Source: an uncultured Spirochaetota bacterium (lineage in GTDB: Bacteria > Spirochaetota > UBA4802 > UBA5550). From it: DNA of 64,000 nt. The stretch is from positions 64,001-128,000 of the forward strand of contig CAWHAA010000009.1 of NCBI GenBank assembly GCA_963827275.1. Direction: 5' to 3'. A program made the translations under genes and the position numbers. The number at the start of each line of letters is the position of its first letter. Position 1 is the first letter of the stretch. The notes below the pieces were generated by a model. The model searched no databases and was not told the origin of the DNA. It worked only from the letters and a program-made list of their open reading frames with translations. Shown here piece by piece: positions 9,862-19,576 of the stretch.

Positions 9862-11436
9862 ATGGTGGTAACGGTATTATTAACGATGGTCGTCATACTC
9901 GGGGCGGTCATGGCGTATGTCTACCTTCTGGCGCCCCGCCTGAATCCGCTGAACCGCGCGGACAAATTCCTCGCGCAGAACATGGTCAACGAGGCGATCG
10001 TCGAATACAAGAAGATCCTCGACAATGACCCGGACGACTACGTCGTCCACTGGAAGCTCGCCAACATACTCTTCAACCGGGACGAGATTGACGAGGGCGT
10101 CATACACCTCGAGGAGATACGGCGCATCAATACCTTCAACTACGAGGTTGAGCGGGTCGCGGTGGAGCGAAAGCTTGCCGAGGCGTACCTGCTGCGCGGC
10201 GACCTCCAGAGGGCGTTCCAGAATTATTTCGATATTTTGAAGGAATACCCCGGGGACGAGGAGTCGCTGTACCAGGTGGCCTTCATGCTTCTCGGCCAGG
10301 AGCACTTCGACCTGGCCCAGCGGTATTTCGAGCGGCTTGTCAGGATCGCGGACAAGAATTTTGATATCCTCTTCGGGGCGGGCATCGCGAGCTACCAGAA
10401 CCAGAAGGCCAGCGAGCCGGCCGAGTACTTCAAGGAGGCGCTCTCGGTTGACTCGCGTTCCGATATAGGGAACCTCGCGATGGCGTTCGCGCTCCAGCGG
10501 AAGCGGGATTACAAGAACGCGCCGACATACGCGCGAGCGATCGTCGATAACAGCGAAGATGAGAACGCGGTCTTCATCGCGCAGAGGCTCTACGGCATCC
10601 TCTGCGTCCAGGCGAAGCGTCCCGCCGAGGGCGTCAAGGCGCTGCAATCGCTCCTCGAACGCGCCCGTAAAAATGAAATGAGCGAAGAGCTGGCGGTGGT
10701 GCTGTATGACCTGGGCTTTGCCGCGATACACGCGGAGATGAGCGAGCTTGCGTACGATTGCTGGAACGAGCTTTACCAGCTTGACCGCGACTTCAGGAAC
10801 GTCCAGTTCCTCGTCACGCAGCTCAGGAGGGAGCTCGACACCACCGCGAAGCCGGGCCGCGACCAGGAGAGAATAGTGCTGGATTACAGCGAGGACTGGC
10901 TTGACAATACCTTCCATCCCGACTTTTTATGGGAGATCTGCGGCCTCAAGTCAGCCGAGTCCGTTGACCTGTCGGCCATCATCGCCTCGGCGCGGGGAGA
11001 CGCCCCGCGCGAGGACGCGACTCAGAGAAAAAAACCCGATGTATCGGGGGATGCGGCTGATAGTATCGACGCCCTGGGGCGCCTTGATATGGAAAACTTC
11101 AGGATCATCGCCGGCAGGGTCGTGGGCAAGCTGGGATGCCGCGTCGATGAGATACTCCCCACCTACCGCGAGGGAGACGGGGTCGATTTCATGGCGATGA
11201 ACACCGCGACGAAGGAAAAGACCCTGATCTGGGTGCGGAGGTGGAACAACATCCGGATCAGCGAGATCCCGCTCCGCAACCTCGCCCAGGCGGTAAACGA
11301 CACGAAGGCGAAGCAGGGCATATTCATAACCACGAGCGAGCTGACCGAGGCGGGCGAAGCCGCGCTGCAGCGCCTCTCCAGGATCAGGGTCGTTTTTCCC
11401 CAGGAGCTGGGCGGCCTTCTTGCCGGATTGCTGTGA
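9862..11436 (+). CDS. Second membrane-anchored TPR protein with C-terminal Mrr-like domain
   Basis: N-terminal TM and TPR repeats. C-term 'REGDGVDFMAM…AKQGIFITTSELTEAGEAAL…IRVVFPQELGGLL'. Confidence 0.75.
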   Translation: MVVTVLLTMVVILGAVMAYVYLLAPRLNPLNRADKFLAQNMVNEAIVEYKKILDNDPDDYVVHWKLANILFNRDEIDEGVIHLEEIRRINTFNYEVERVAVERKLAEAYLLRGDLQRAFQNYFDILKEYPGDEESLYQVAFMLLGQEHFDLAQRYFERLVRIADKNFDILFGAGIASYQNQKASEPAEYFKEALSVDSRSDIGNLAMAFALQRKRDYKNAPTYARAIVDNSEDENAVFIAQRLYGILCVQAKRPAEGVKALQSLLERARKNEMSEELAVVLYDLGFAAIHAEMSELAYDCWNELYQLDRDFRNVQFLVTQLRRELDTTAKPGRDQERIVLDYSEDWLDNTFHPDFLWEICGLKSAESVDLSAIIASARGDAPREDATQRKKPDVSGDAADSIDALGRLDMENFRIIAGRVVGKLGCRVDEILPTYREGDGVDFMAMNTATKEKTLIWVRRWNNIRISEIPLRNLAQAVNDTKAKQGIFITTSELTEAGEAALQRLSRIRVVFPQELGGLLAGLL

Positions 11437-11480
11437 TGCGCGCGCAGGGGCTTCTCTGACGACGCCGGGGTAGGGAGACG

Positions 11481-12437
11481 ATGCCTGGGAAATTCAACGA
11501 CATAACCGCACTGCCTGCCGAGCGCATCCCGTTTGAACAGATCGATTGGGATGACCGCTATTTCAAGATCAGCAGGGACCGCGTGGACGAGGGCCTGCGT
11601 CAGTCCATCAGGGACTTCGGCGTGCTGGATCCGCCGGTGGCCGTCAGAGAGGGCGGCCGGTACCGGGTGATGTTCGGCTTCAACCGGTTGGACGCCCTCC
11701 GGGAGCTCGGCGCCGGTTCGGCCGGGATGCTCATCGCGCCCGCGGCCGATGTGAAAATATTTTGCGAGCGCGCCCTCGTTAAATGCTTCCGCAATGAAAC
11801 GGGCCCCATCGGCAGGGTCAGGGCGCTCGCGATACTGAAAGACCTCGGCGCCGGGACCGACCAGCTGAAGCGCGTCGCGAAACAGGGCATGCGCGTCCCT
11901 GAAGAGCTTGCGGCCGGCGGCGCGCTTTCATCCGCCGTAACGGGACTCCCGGGCCCGGTGAAAGAGTATTGTGACCACCGCGATATCAACTTCAGGATCA
12001 TCAGGGACCTCGTTCGCCTGCCCGGCGTCGCCGTCGAAGCGATAGCTTCCTGGCTTGCGTTCGCCCCTCTCCGCGTGAACATATTCCGCTTTATCGTGGA
12101 CATGCTGTCGGACATACAGACGCGGGACGGCAGCCTCGCGTTCGTGGAAGGGATCCGCCCCGGCGAGTCCGACGACAGGAAAAAGTGGGACGAGCGGCTC
12201 TACGAAGCGGTCCGCGGGCAGCGGTACCCGGAATATTCAGGTATGCAGAAAAAGGCGGACGCGGTCGCCGCCTTTTATGCGGCCCGGGGGATCCGGGTGG
12301 AATACCCCCCGTATTTCGAGGGGGACGCGCTGGACCTGACGGTGCGGCTTCACAAGCGTGATGATCCGGAGTCCGTGCGAAGAAGGATCGAAGACGCGGA
12401 CCTGTCAAAATTGAAGGAATTGCTGGAATTGCTGTGA
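11481..12437 (+). CDS. ParB/Srx N-terminal domain protein
   Basis: 'LRQSIRDFGVLDPPVAV…YRVMFGFNRLDALRELG' ParB-like boxes; GGAG RBS. Confidence 0.75.
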   Translation: MPGKFNDITALPAERIPFEQIDWDDRYFKISRDRVDEGLRQSIRDFGVLDPPVAVREGGRYRVMFGFNRLDALRELGAGSAGMLIAPAADVKIFCERALVKCFRNETGPIGRVRALAILKDLGAGTDQLKRVAKQGMRVPEELAAGGALSSAVTGLPGPVKEYCDHRDINFRIIRDLVRLPGVAVEAIASWLAFAPLRVNIFRFIVDMLSDIQTRDGSLAFVEGIRPGESDDRKKWDERLYEAVRGQRYPEYSGMQKKADAVAAFYAARGIRVEYPPYFEGDALDLTVRLHKRDDPESVRRRIEDADLSKLKELLELL

Positions 12438-12469
12438 GGGTGATACGCGCGGGTCCGTCTCCGCGCTGA

Positions 12470-12808
12470 TCAATGGATCTTCCCCCCGTTGCCCGGCCCG
12501 CTGCCGGCGGCAGGTCCGCGTCCAATCGCGGGAAGGCTGCAGATGATGCTGTTGAATATGAACCCGGTGACCATGAAGCGTGAAAAATCTTCACGCTCTT
12601 TTGCGATGTCGAAGAGCTGGTGGGTAACGTAGATGCAGTTGTCCATGAGCTCCTTGAGGAAGCGCTCGTTGCTCTCCGCGCTGTCAGCGTCATCCCCGCC
12701 GGGGGATGAACGCCGTGATTCCCTTATTATCGATTCCAGCAGGTCCTGGAAAAAAACGTCAAAGTCCTTGTTGAATGAAACCGTGTGTCCGTTTTTGAGC
12801 GTTATCAT
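12470..12808 (-). CDS. Hypothetical protein
   Basis: 112-aa ORF directly downstream of rpsA, same strand, protein-like composition. Confidence 0.65.
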   Translation of the reverse strand: MITLKNGHTVSFNKDFDVFFQDLLESIIRESRRSSPGGDDADSAESNERFLKELMDNCIYVTHQLFDIAKEREDFSRFMVTGFIFNSIICSLPAIGRGPAAGSGPGNGGKIH

Positions 12809-12825
12809 TAATGCCCCGCACGGTG

Positions 12826-14277
12826 CTACTTTTCCATTTTCTTCTGTATGTCATCGAACTTGTTCTTCAGAAGTGACCCCAGGGACGTCGGGTTCGATGA
12901 CGCGTCTTTCCTGATGAAGTTTTCATAATCGCTGCGCTCTTCCATGCGGAGCGCGTCGGTTTCGCTCATGATGAGCTTCCGGTTCTCCTGCTCGAAGCGG
13001 AGCACCGATACGCGGAGCTGGTCGCCCTCTGCGTATTTTTTCAGAATATCGGCTTCTGACTTCGACTTGAGCTCGCCCCGCGGGATGAACCCGAGCATGC
13101 CGTTGGCGAGGCGCACGTTCAGCCCGGCGGGCTTTACGTCCTCAACCGTGACGGTCTGCACCTGCTCGGCCAGCCCTGCGCCGGAATCTTTCCACGGATC
13201 AGGCTCGTTCGGCACCAGCTCCAGGGAAATCTTCTTCTCCCCGGGGTTGATGCTGACGATGCGGACGTTGACGCGCCCGCCCTGTGTAACCGCTTCCTCC
13301 GGCCGGGCGATTTTTTTGAGGAAGCTCATCCGGGAGATATGGAGGAAGCCGTCGAGGCCCGGCTCTATCTCCACGAATGCGCCGTTTTTTATGATGTTGA
13401 CGACCTGTCCGGCGACTGTCTGGCCCGCCTCGTAGTCGGCGATATGGTCCCACGGCTCCGGCATGAGGTCTTTCACGCTCAGGGTCAGCCGCCTGCTGTC
13501 CCAGTCGATCGATTTTACCGCCGCTTCGATTTTCGTCCCGATGCTGTAGGCCCCGGTATCAGCGTTCCTGCTCCGGGACAGCTCGGATTTGGGAATGAGT
13601 GCTTCCATCCCTCCGATATCAACGAATATGCCGAAATCGCGGATGTTGGAAACCGTGCCGGTGAGGCGGTCCCCCGGCTTCAGGGTCGCCTTCAGCTGCT
13701 CCTCGGTCTGTGATCTCTGTTCCTCGAGCAGCGCGCTCCGTGAGACTATGATGTTCCTGCCCCGCTCCTTGAATTCGATGATCTTGAAAAGAAATGACTT
13801 GTTGACCAGCGTTTTCGGGTCCGAGGGGGCCCTCAGGTCGATCTGCGATACCGGGCAGAAACACCGTGTCCCGCCGACCGATATCGAGTATCCGCCCTTG
13901 ACCGTATCAAGAACCGTCCCGTATACCGGGATCATTTCCCGGAAGGCCATCTGGAGGAGGCCGGGGTTCATGCTCCCCCTGCCGATGCTGGTGGTAAGGT
14001 GTATCTCTCCGCCCGTGCGTGACACGACATAGCCCGTGATGGCATCGCCCGCCTTGACCGACAGGGACCCGTCATCATTCCTGAATTCCGCAGCGGCGAT
14101 CACCGCTTCGCTCTTGCCGGAAATATCGACGAAAATGAATTCGTCCGATATATACACCACGGTGCCCTCGACCCTGGTCCCGATCGCGAAATCGTCCCTC
14201 CGGTTCAATGACTGTTCGAGCATCTGTTCAAAATTTTCGTTATTGTTTTCTTCGGAATGTTCGTGTTCTCTCGCCAT
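12826..14277 (-). CDS. rpsA: 30S ribosomal protein S1 (or S1 paralogue)
   Basis: About five tandem S1 domains ('GTVSNIRDFGIFVDIGGMEALIPKSELS', 'GAFVEIEPGLDGFLHISRMS'). Likely start MAREHEHSEE at 14277. Confidence 0.88.
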   Translation of the reverse strand: MAREHEHSEENNNENFEQMLEQSLNRRDDFAIGTRVEGTVVYISDEFIFVDISGKSEAVIAAAEFRNDDGSLSVKAGDAITGYVVSRTGGEIHLTTSIGRGSMNPGLLQMAFREMIPVYGTVLDTVKGGYSISVGGTRCFCPVSQIDLRAPSDPKTLVNKSFLFKIIEFKERGRNIIVSRSALLEEQRSQTEEQLKATLKPGDRLTGTVSNIRDFGIFVDIGGMEALIPKSELSRSRNADTGAYSIGTKIEAAVKSIDWDSRRLTLSVKDLMPEPWDHIADYEAGQTVAGQVVNIIKNGAFVEIEPGLDGFLHISRMSFLKKIARPEEAVTQGGRVNVRIVSINPGEKKISLELVPNEPDPWKDSGAGLAEQVQTVTVEDVKPAGLNVRLANGMLGFIPRGELKSKSEADILKKYAEGDQLRVSVLRFEQENRKLIMSETDALRMEERSDYENFIRKDASSNPTSLGSLLKNKFDDIQKKMEK

Positions 14278-14649
14278 GGTAATCCGCCGTTTACGTGATA
14301 TTGCCGGTACTTTCGGTGTTGAAATGGGCCCGGCCGGAGATGATGCCGGAGCCGCCGGTTGAACAAGTGACAGCCTATAATCAGCGGTCAAATACTGTAA
14401 AGAAAATAATTTTACCGATTGAGCATATTTTATGCGGCTGACATCAGCTGTTTTTGCTTTGCGGTGCTCCTCCCGGCAGCTTTGGTTAAAATACCGGGCC
14501 GCGCGCACCCCATTTCCTGTTATGGAACATGACGCTTCCGCGGTACGACAGGCCATAAAAAAGCGGCATAAACAGGGGATAAAATTATTGACATAATTTT
14601 TTACGGGACGATAATGCACCATTATTCCAAAATCAATATGGAGAGTGCC

Positions 14650-15108
14650 ATGAAACGTTTACTTTGCATAGCTCTGATTGTTGCCGCTGCTGGAGTTATG
14701 GCGCAGGCGCAGAATGCGAAAACAGAAAAGACGGCGAAGGAATATATAGCGGATTTATCCTCAAGCTCCGATGAAAAAACCCTGATTGAAGCGTCCCGGT
14801 GGCTGGGAAATAAAAAAGAGAAGGACGCGGTCCCCGGTCTCATCAATCTTTTGAATGACAAGCGCGACGCGGTCCGTATGGAGTCTGCGGTCGCACTGGG
14901 GCTCATAGGCGAAGAGAGCGCAGCCGATGCCCTCAATGCCGCGCTCCTGAACGATCCCAATGCGGAAGTCCGCTATGCCGCCCTCCTGGCGACAATGAGG
15001 ATCGGTTCGAAGAAATCTGCCGATGTATATGTTCAGGCGAAAGAGAAAGATTCCGATCCTTTTATCCAGGACCTCCTCGGTAAAATAGAAGCCAAGGCCA
15101 AGAAATAA
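14650..15108 (+). CDS. Secreted HEAT-repeat protein
   Basis: Signal peptide MKRLLCIALIVAAAGVMAQA; HEAT/PBS repeats 'AVPGLINLLNDKRDAVRMESAVALG', 'DPNAEVRYAALLA'. Confidence 0.8.
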   Translation: MKRLLCIALIVAAAGVMAQAQNAKTEKTAKEYIADLSSSSDEKTLIEASRWLGNKKEKDAVPGLINLLNDKRDAVRMESAVALGLIGEESAADALNAALLNDPNAEVRYAALLATMRIGSKKSADVYVQAKEKDSDPFIQDLLGKIEAKAKK

Positions 15109-15271
15109 GCCGCAGGGCGTTCACCGGCGTTTCCCGGGAGGCGGGAGGCGCTCGCCGGGAAGCGTGATTCTGTTTGTTCCGGCGGATCTGTCAGAAGCAT
15201 GTTGCAGAACAGGAATGGCAACATGCTTTTTGTTTTTCATGAATACTTCTGTTTCCAATACGGGGTGACCG

Positions 15272-16078
15272 GTGAGAGATGAAGTGGTAAAGTACCTTGT
15301 GTTTGATGTCGAGTCCGTTCCGGACCCGAAGCTGATAGCCATGGTGAAATACAGGGACGAGAATATTGACGGTCTGGAGGCGGTCAGGAGGTACCAGCAG
15401 GAGCTTTTGGACGCTTCCGGCGGGACATCCGACTTCGTGCCGGTTACCTTCCAGTACCCGGTCGCCATCTGTGTCGCCAAGGTGCGCGCCGACTTCGCGC
15501 TGCTCGATCTCGTGTGCCTGGATGATCCCGATTTCAGGCCGGATGAGATGTCGCGGCTCTTCTGGCTCGGCGTGGAAGAAGTGTACGATGCAGCTTCACT
15601 GGTCACCTATAACGGAAGGGGCTTCGATGTCCCCCTCATGGAGCTGATGGCGTACCGGTACGGGTATTCCGCGAAGCGCCATTTCAAAGACAAGTATGCC
15701 GGGAGAAGCAGGTACGGCACCAAGCATATCGATATCCAGGACTGGCTGTCGAACTACAACGCAATACGGATGAACGGGGGGTTGAACCTGCTGGCGAAGC
15801 TGATCGGCAAGCCGGGGAAGATGCAGACCCGCGGCGACGAGGTCTACTCCATGTTCCTCGAGGGGCGCATTCGCGACATCAATAACTACTGCATCCATGA
15901 CGTCCTGGACACCTATTTCGTGTTCCTGAGAACGCGGGTGCTGACCGGTGAGCTGACCATCGTGCGGGAACAGGATATCGTCAAGTCAACGAAGAATTTT
16001 CTCGAGGACAGCCAGGAGCGCATCCCCGCCCTGAAGGAATACCTGGCGAACTGGGGGGACTGGGACCCCTGGCCGTGA
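15272..16078 (+). CDS. PolB-type 3'-5' exonuclease domain protein (DnaQ-like)
   Basis: ExoI 'LVFDVES', ExoII 'LVTYNGRGFDVP', ExoIII 'NYCIHDVLDTY'. Confidence 0.85.
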   Translation: MRDEVVKYLVFDVESVPDPKLIAMVKYRDENIDGLEAVRRYQQELLDASGGTSDFVPVTFQYPVAICVAKVRADFALLDLVCLDDPDFRPDEMSRLFWLGVEEVYDAASLVTYNGRGFDVPLMELMAYRYGYSAKRHFKDKYAGRSRYGTKHIDIQDWLSNYNAIRMNGGLNLLAKLIGKPGKMQTRGDEVYSMFLEGRIRDINNYCIHDVLDTYFVFLRTRVLTGELTIVREQDIVKSTKNFLEDSQERIPALKEYLANWGDWDPWP

Positions 16079-16097
16079 TATGACTGGCGCAGCCGGC

Positions 16098-17937
16098 CTA
16101 TTCCTCCGGCAGGAGCCGTATGGCGCCCCGGTCGGCGGATGATACGTGGGCCGCGTAGGCCCTGAGCGCCCCCGAAATGTTCCGTTCCCTTCCAGCGGGC
16201 CTGAAGGCGTCCCGCCCTTTCCGTTGTTCCTCCGAGCGCCGCTTTTCCAGCTCGGTGTCAGAGCACTTCACGTTTATCTTCCTGCCTGGTATGTCGATAT
16301 CTATGATGTCGCCGTTACGGACAAGGGCGATGTTTCCTCCCGAGGCGGCTTCCGGCGACACATGGCCTATCGAAAGTCCCGCGGTGCCGCCCGAGAAACG
16401 GCCGTCGGTGACCAGGGCGCAGGCCTTTCCCAGGTTCATGGATTTCAGGTATGACGTGGGGTAGAGCATCTCCTGCATGCCGGGTCCTCCCCTTGGCCCC
16501 TCGTAGCGGATCACGACGACATCGCCCGCCTTGACCTCGCCGCTGAGTATCCCTTCTGAGGAGGCTTCCTGGGAGAAGTACACTTTCGCCGGCCCGCTGA
16601 AGGAAAGGAGGCCGGGATCGACGCCCGCTGTTTTGACGATGCAGCCGTTCTGGGCGATGTTTCCGTACAGCACGGCCAGGCCGCCGTCCCTGCTGTAACA
16701 GTGGGCGATATCCCGCACACATCCTGACTCACGGTCCCTGTCGAGCTCCTCATAGCGTGGCATCCTGCGATCCCAGGACGAGGTTGCGCTCCCGTTGTCC
16801 GGGGGCGCTCCGGTACAGGTCGATCGCTTCGGCCGTCACCGTCGTGCGCATGATATCGTGCGAGTCGAGAAGCTGCCCCAGGTCTTTCGTGTCGACCCGC
16901 TTCACCGACGGGTCGATGAGCCCGGCGCGTTCCAGCTCGCCCATTATGGCCATGATGCCGCCGGCGCGGTTCACATCTTCCACGTGGTAATGCGAGCTGG
17001 GCGCGACTTTGCACAGGTTGGGAATTTTCCGCGACAGGGTATCGATGTCTTTCATGGTGAAGTCCACGCCGGCCGCATCGGCGACCGCCAGAAGGTGGAG
17101 CACGGTGTTCGTTGAGCCGCCCATGGCGATGTCGAGTGACATGGCGTTCATGAAGGCCTGGCGCGTCGCGATGGAGCGGGGGAGCACGGAATCATCGTCC
17201 TTGTTGTAATACCTATCGGCCATTTCAACAATGCGCGCCGCGGCCCGCTCGAACATCTTCAGCCTGTTTTTATGGGTGGCGAGTACGGTCCCGTTTCCCG
17301 GCAGGGCCAGGCCCAGGGCCTCGGTGAGGCAGTTCATCGAATTGGCAGTGAACATGCCGGAGCAGGAGCCGCAGGTTGGGCACGCGAGCTGTTCAAGCTC
17401 AGCTATGTCGCCGTCCGGGACCTTCGGGTCCGCCGCCATCACCATTGCGTCAATGAGATCGACTTTTTTACCCTTGAATACGCCCGCTTCCATGGGCCCC
17501 CCTGAAACGAAGATGGCCGGTATATTGAGGCGCATCGCTGCCATGAGCATGCCCGGGATGATCTTATCGCAGTTGCAGATGCAGAGCAGCGCGTCCACGG
17601 TATGGGCGTTGCACATGTATTCCACGCTGTCCGCGATCAGGTCGCGTGAGGGGAGGGAGTAGAGCATACCCCCGTGTCCCATGGCGATGCCGTCATCAAT
17701 GGCAATGGTGTCGAATTCAGCGGCGAAGCAGCCTTTTTTCTCTATCAGGGACTTGACGTGCTGGCCGATTTCATGAAGGTGCACATGGCCGGGCACGAAC
17801 TGCGTGAATGAATTCGCAATCGCTATTACTGGCGTGCCGAACTGGGATTCCTTCATGCCGTTGGCGCGCCAGAGGGCCCGCGCGCCGGCCATTTTTCTCC
17901 CCTGCGTGCTGATCGAGCTTCGTAACGGACGGGTCAT
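16098..17937 (-). CDS. ilvD: Dihydroxy-acid dehydratase, split by one frameshift near 16757
   Basis: '[25 protein letters not shown]', 'CDKIIPGML', '[18 protein letters not shown]' in ORF 16750-17937. '[14 protein letters not shown]', 'TDGRFSG', 'GHVSPEA' in ORF 16098-16763. Removing one base at …GATGCCACGCTAT… (minus strand) joins them. Confidence 0.92.
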
Positions 17938-18101
17938 GACGGTACTCCTTCGGTGTGGGTTGTTTATTGCAATATGGGCATATATTGTTTCATGTCAATA
18001 ACTTATAGGTAAAAAAAAATTACTCTGACCCCGAGTTTTTTATTATCGATAATATCCTCTCGTTCGTATATATATTAAATTCAGCTTTAATATGAGGTCC
18101 C

Positions 18102-18701
18102 ATGGCACGAAAACGTCGAATCTGTATACCGGAAACCACATGTCATACGATGTCCAGATGCATTGAGAAAAAACCTTTAATGAAGTCAAACATAATGAAG
18201 GATTTGATGGTTGAGGTTATTTTGTTAACCCTGGAAAAATATGACTTTGAGATGATCGAGTATGTAATAATGGATAATCATTTCCACTTTTATATACGAA
18301 CTCTTAGGAACGGGGAAAGCATTTCACGTATCATGCAATTTATTAAGTCGCAATTTGCTAGAAGATATAACAAGCTAATGAATAGAACCGGGCCTTTCTG
18401 GAATGAGCGCTTTAGCGACACAATAATTGAATTGACTGAGAATCCCGAACAAACATTCTGGCATGTGTTTATGTATATTGCATATAACCCGGTAAGGAGC
18501 AATTATGTAGATGATCCCCGACAATATTTTTACGGGAGTATAAAATCATATCTTGATGAGAAATATATTTCTCCTGTTCCCATTACTCTGCATAAATTAT
18601 TTTTGAAGCTTGGTGCGAGTTTCGAAGCTCGAGTAAAAAAGTTACTTGAATATGAGGATTTGTATAGAAAAAGAATATTTCCCCAAGAAATATTTAATTA
18701 A
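18102..18701 (+). mobile_element. TnpA-Y1 / RAYT-like HUH tyrosine transposase (IS200 superfamily)
   Basis: 'MARKRR…HTMSRC', HUH motif 'IMDNHFHF', 'FWNERFSD', and catalytic Tyr in 'YIAYNPVR', typical of RAYT-like proteins. AT-rich. Confidence 0.88.
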
Positions 18702-19023
18702 AAATTATTTTTACAATTTATAGTATAACACTCTTCTGTGATCATGGATTCCATAATAAGCAATTATTTATTGCTTAAAGAAAACTTGTAATCACCCAGT
18801 TGTTTTATTCGATTTTTAATAATTTACTATTTTTTAAGTATATTATGATTAATGGGATATATATGATATGCATTTTACTCTGACCCCCGAACCCAGAATG
18901 TTAATGTTATTAACAGACGTTACAGAAACAGATGAATTTAAAAAAACAAAGCACTGTGAGTAATTAGAGTTGAATCTGTCAAAAGGATATACTACTCTGA
19001 CACCAGGAATGAATATGAATTTA

Positions 19024-19434
19024 ATGAAATTACTTATATTGTCATTTTTTATTTTTTCGTTTTTACCTTTATCAGCCCAGGAAAAAGTTAGTACTGGGAA
19101 AATAAATCCCCTCATTACAGAAATATCGGCTGCAATAAATGAATATAAATCAAAAACTATTACCTTGCGATTGAAACTTAAATGTGTTGATAAAATATTT
19201 GAGAAAATAACGTTTTATGACACTAAGAACCATGATATTGAATTTGATATATCAACACGTCAGATAAAAAAGAAAATTGCTGCAGATATGATTAATCTTC
19301 ATGAGGGATTGGAATACAATGTGACCTTTACTGTTCAGAATGTCGGAAATATGGGGCAGATTATAGCTGAATTAAAGGGATTTAAGGCTGTTTTGCTCGA
19401 CGATATTCCTGATGCTGGGATGCGAAGAAATTAA
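19024..19434 (+). CDS. Hypothetical secreted protein (possible OB-fold)
   Basis: Signal peptide MKLLILSFFIFSFLPLSA; beta-strand-rich mature part; AT-rich. Alternative ATGs at 19009 and 19015. Confidence 0.7.
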   Translation: MKLLILSFFIFSFLPLSAQEKVSTGKINPLITEISAAINEYKSKTITLRLKLKCVDKIFEKITFYDTKNHDIEFDISTRQIKKKIAADMINLHEGLEYNVTFTVQNVGNMGQIIAELKGFKAVLLDDIPDAGMRRN

Positions 19435-19476
19435 AAAAGAGAAAGCAGAATAGCTGGGCGGCTATCCTGCCTTCTC
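19433..19476 (-). terminator. Intrinsic terminator oriented for a minus-strand transcript
   Basis: Minus strand GAGAAGGCAGGATAGC-CGCCCA-GCTATTCTGCTTTCTC-TTTTT. The 16-bp stem pairs fully (two G:U) only on the minus strand and is followed by a U-run. Confidence 0.75.
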
Positions 19477-19542
19477 CTAAAACGCAGTGCCAAGTCTTCA
19501 ATATGGCAAAATCGGGAGGGAATTACCATATATTAACTTGTT
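19433..19542 (-). ncRNA. Candidate ~110-nt small RNA
   Basis: Lies between a sigma28-like promoter and a strand-specific terminator; no convincing ORF with an RBS. The 5' end is estimated. Confidence 0.5.
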
Positions 19543-19548
19543 AATAAA

Positions 19549-19576
19549 TTATCGGTATATAGAAATAAAAACTTTA
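19549..19576 (-). promoter_or_regulatory. sigma28 (FliA/SigD)-like promoter
   Basis: Minus strand TAAA(GTTT)-N16-ACCGATAA versus consensus TAAA-N15/16-GCCGATAA. Confidence 0.6.

Noticed and set aside
3083..11436. TPR-Mrr genes read as an active restriction or anti-phage island
   Set aside because: Nuclease catalytic motifs appear absent, the proteins are membrane-anchored, composition is host-like, and there is no methylase or mobility gene nearby.
14278..14622. 115-aa N-terminal extension of rpsA in the ORF track
   Set aside because: The extension is not protein-like and overlaps the divergent promoter region (TTGACA at 14588); ATG 14277 gives a normal S1 N-terminus.
16740..16770. Programmed ribosomal frameshift in ilvD
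   Set aside because: There is no slippery heptamer or homopolymer at the break, and similar single-base breaks occur in unrelated genes.
19441..19530. Possible c-di-GMP-I riboswitch (GGCAAA…)
   Set aside because: The required GAAA tetraloop, GCAAAGC junction and receptor arrangement are not present on either strand.
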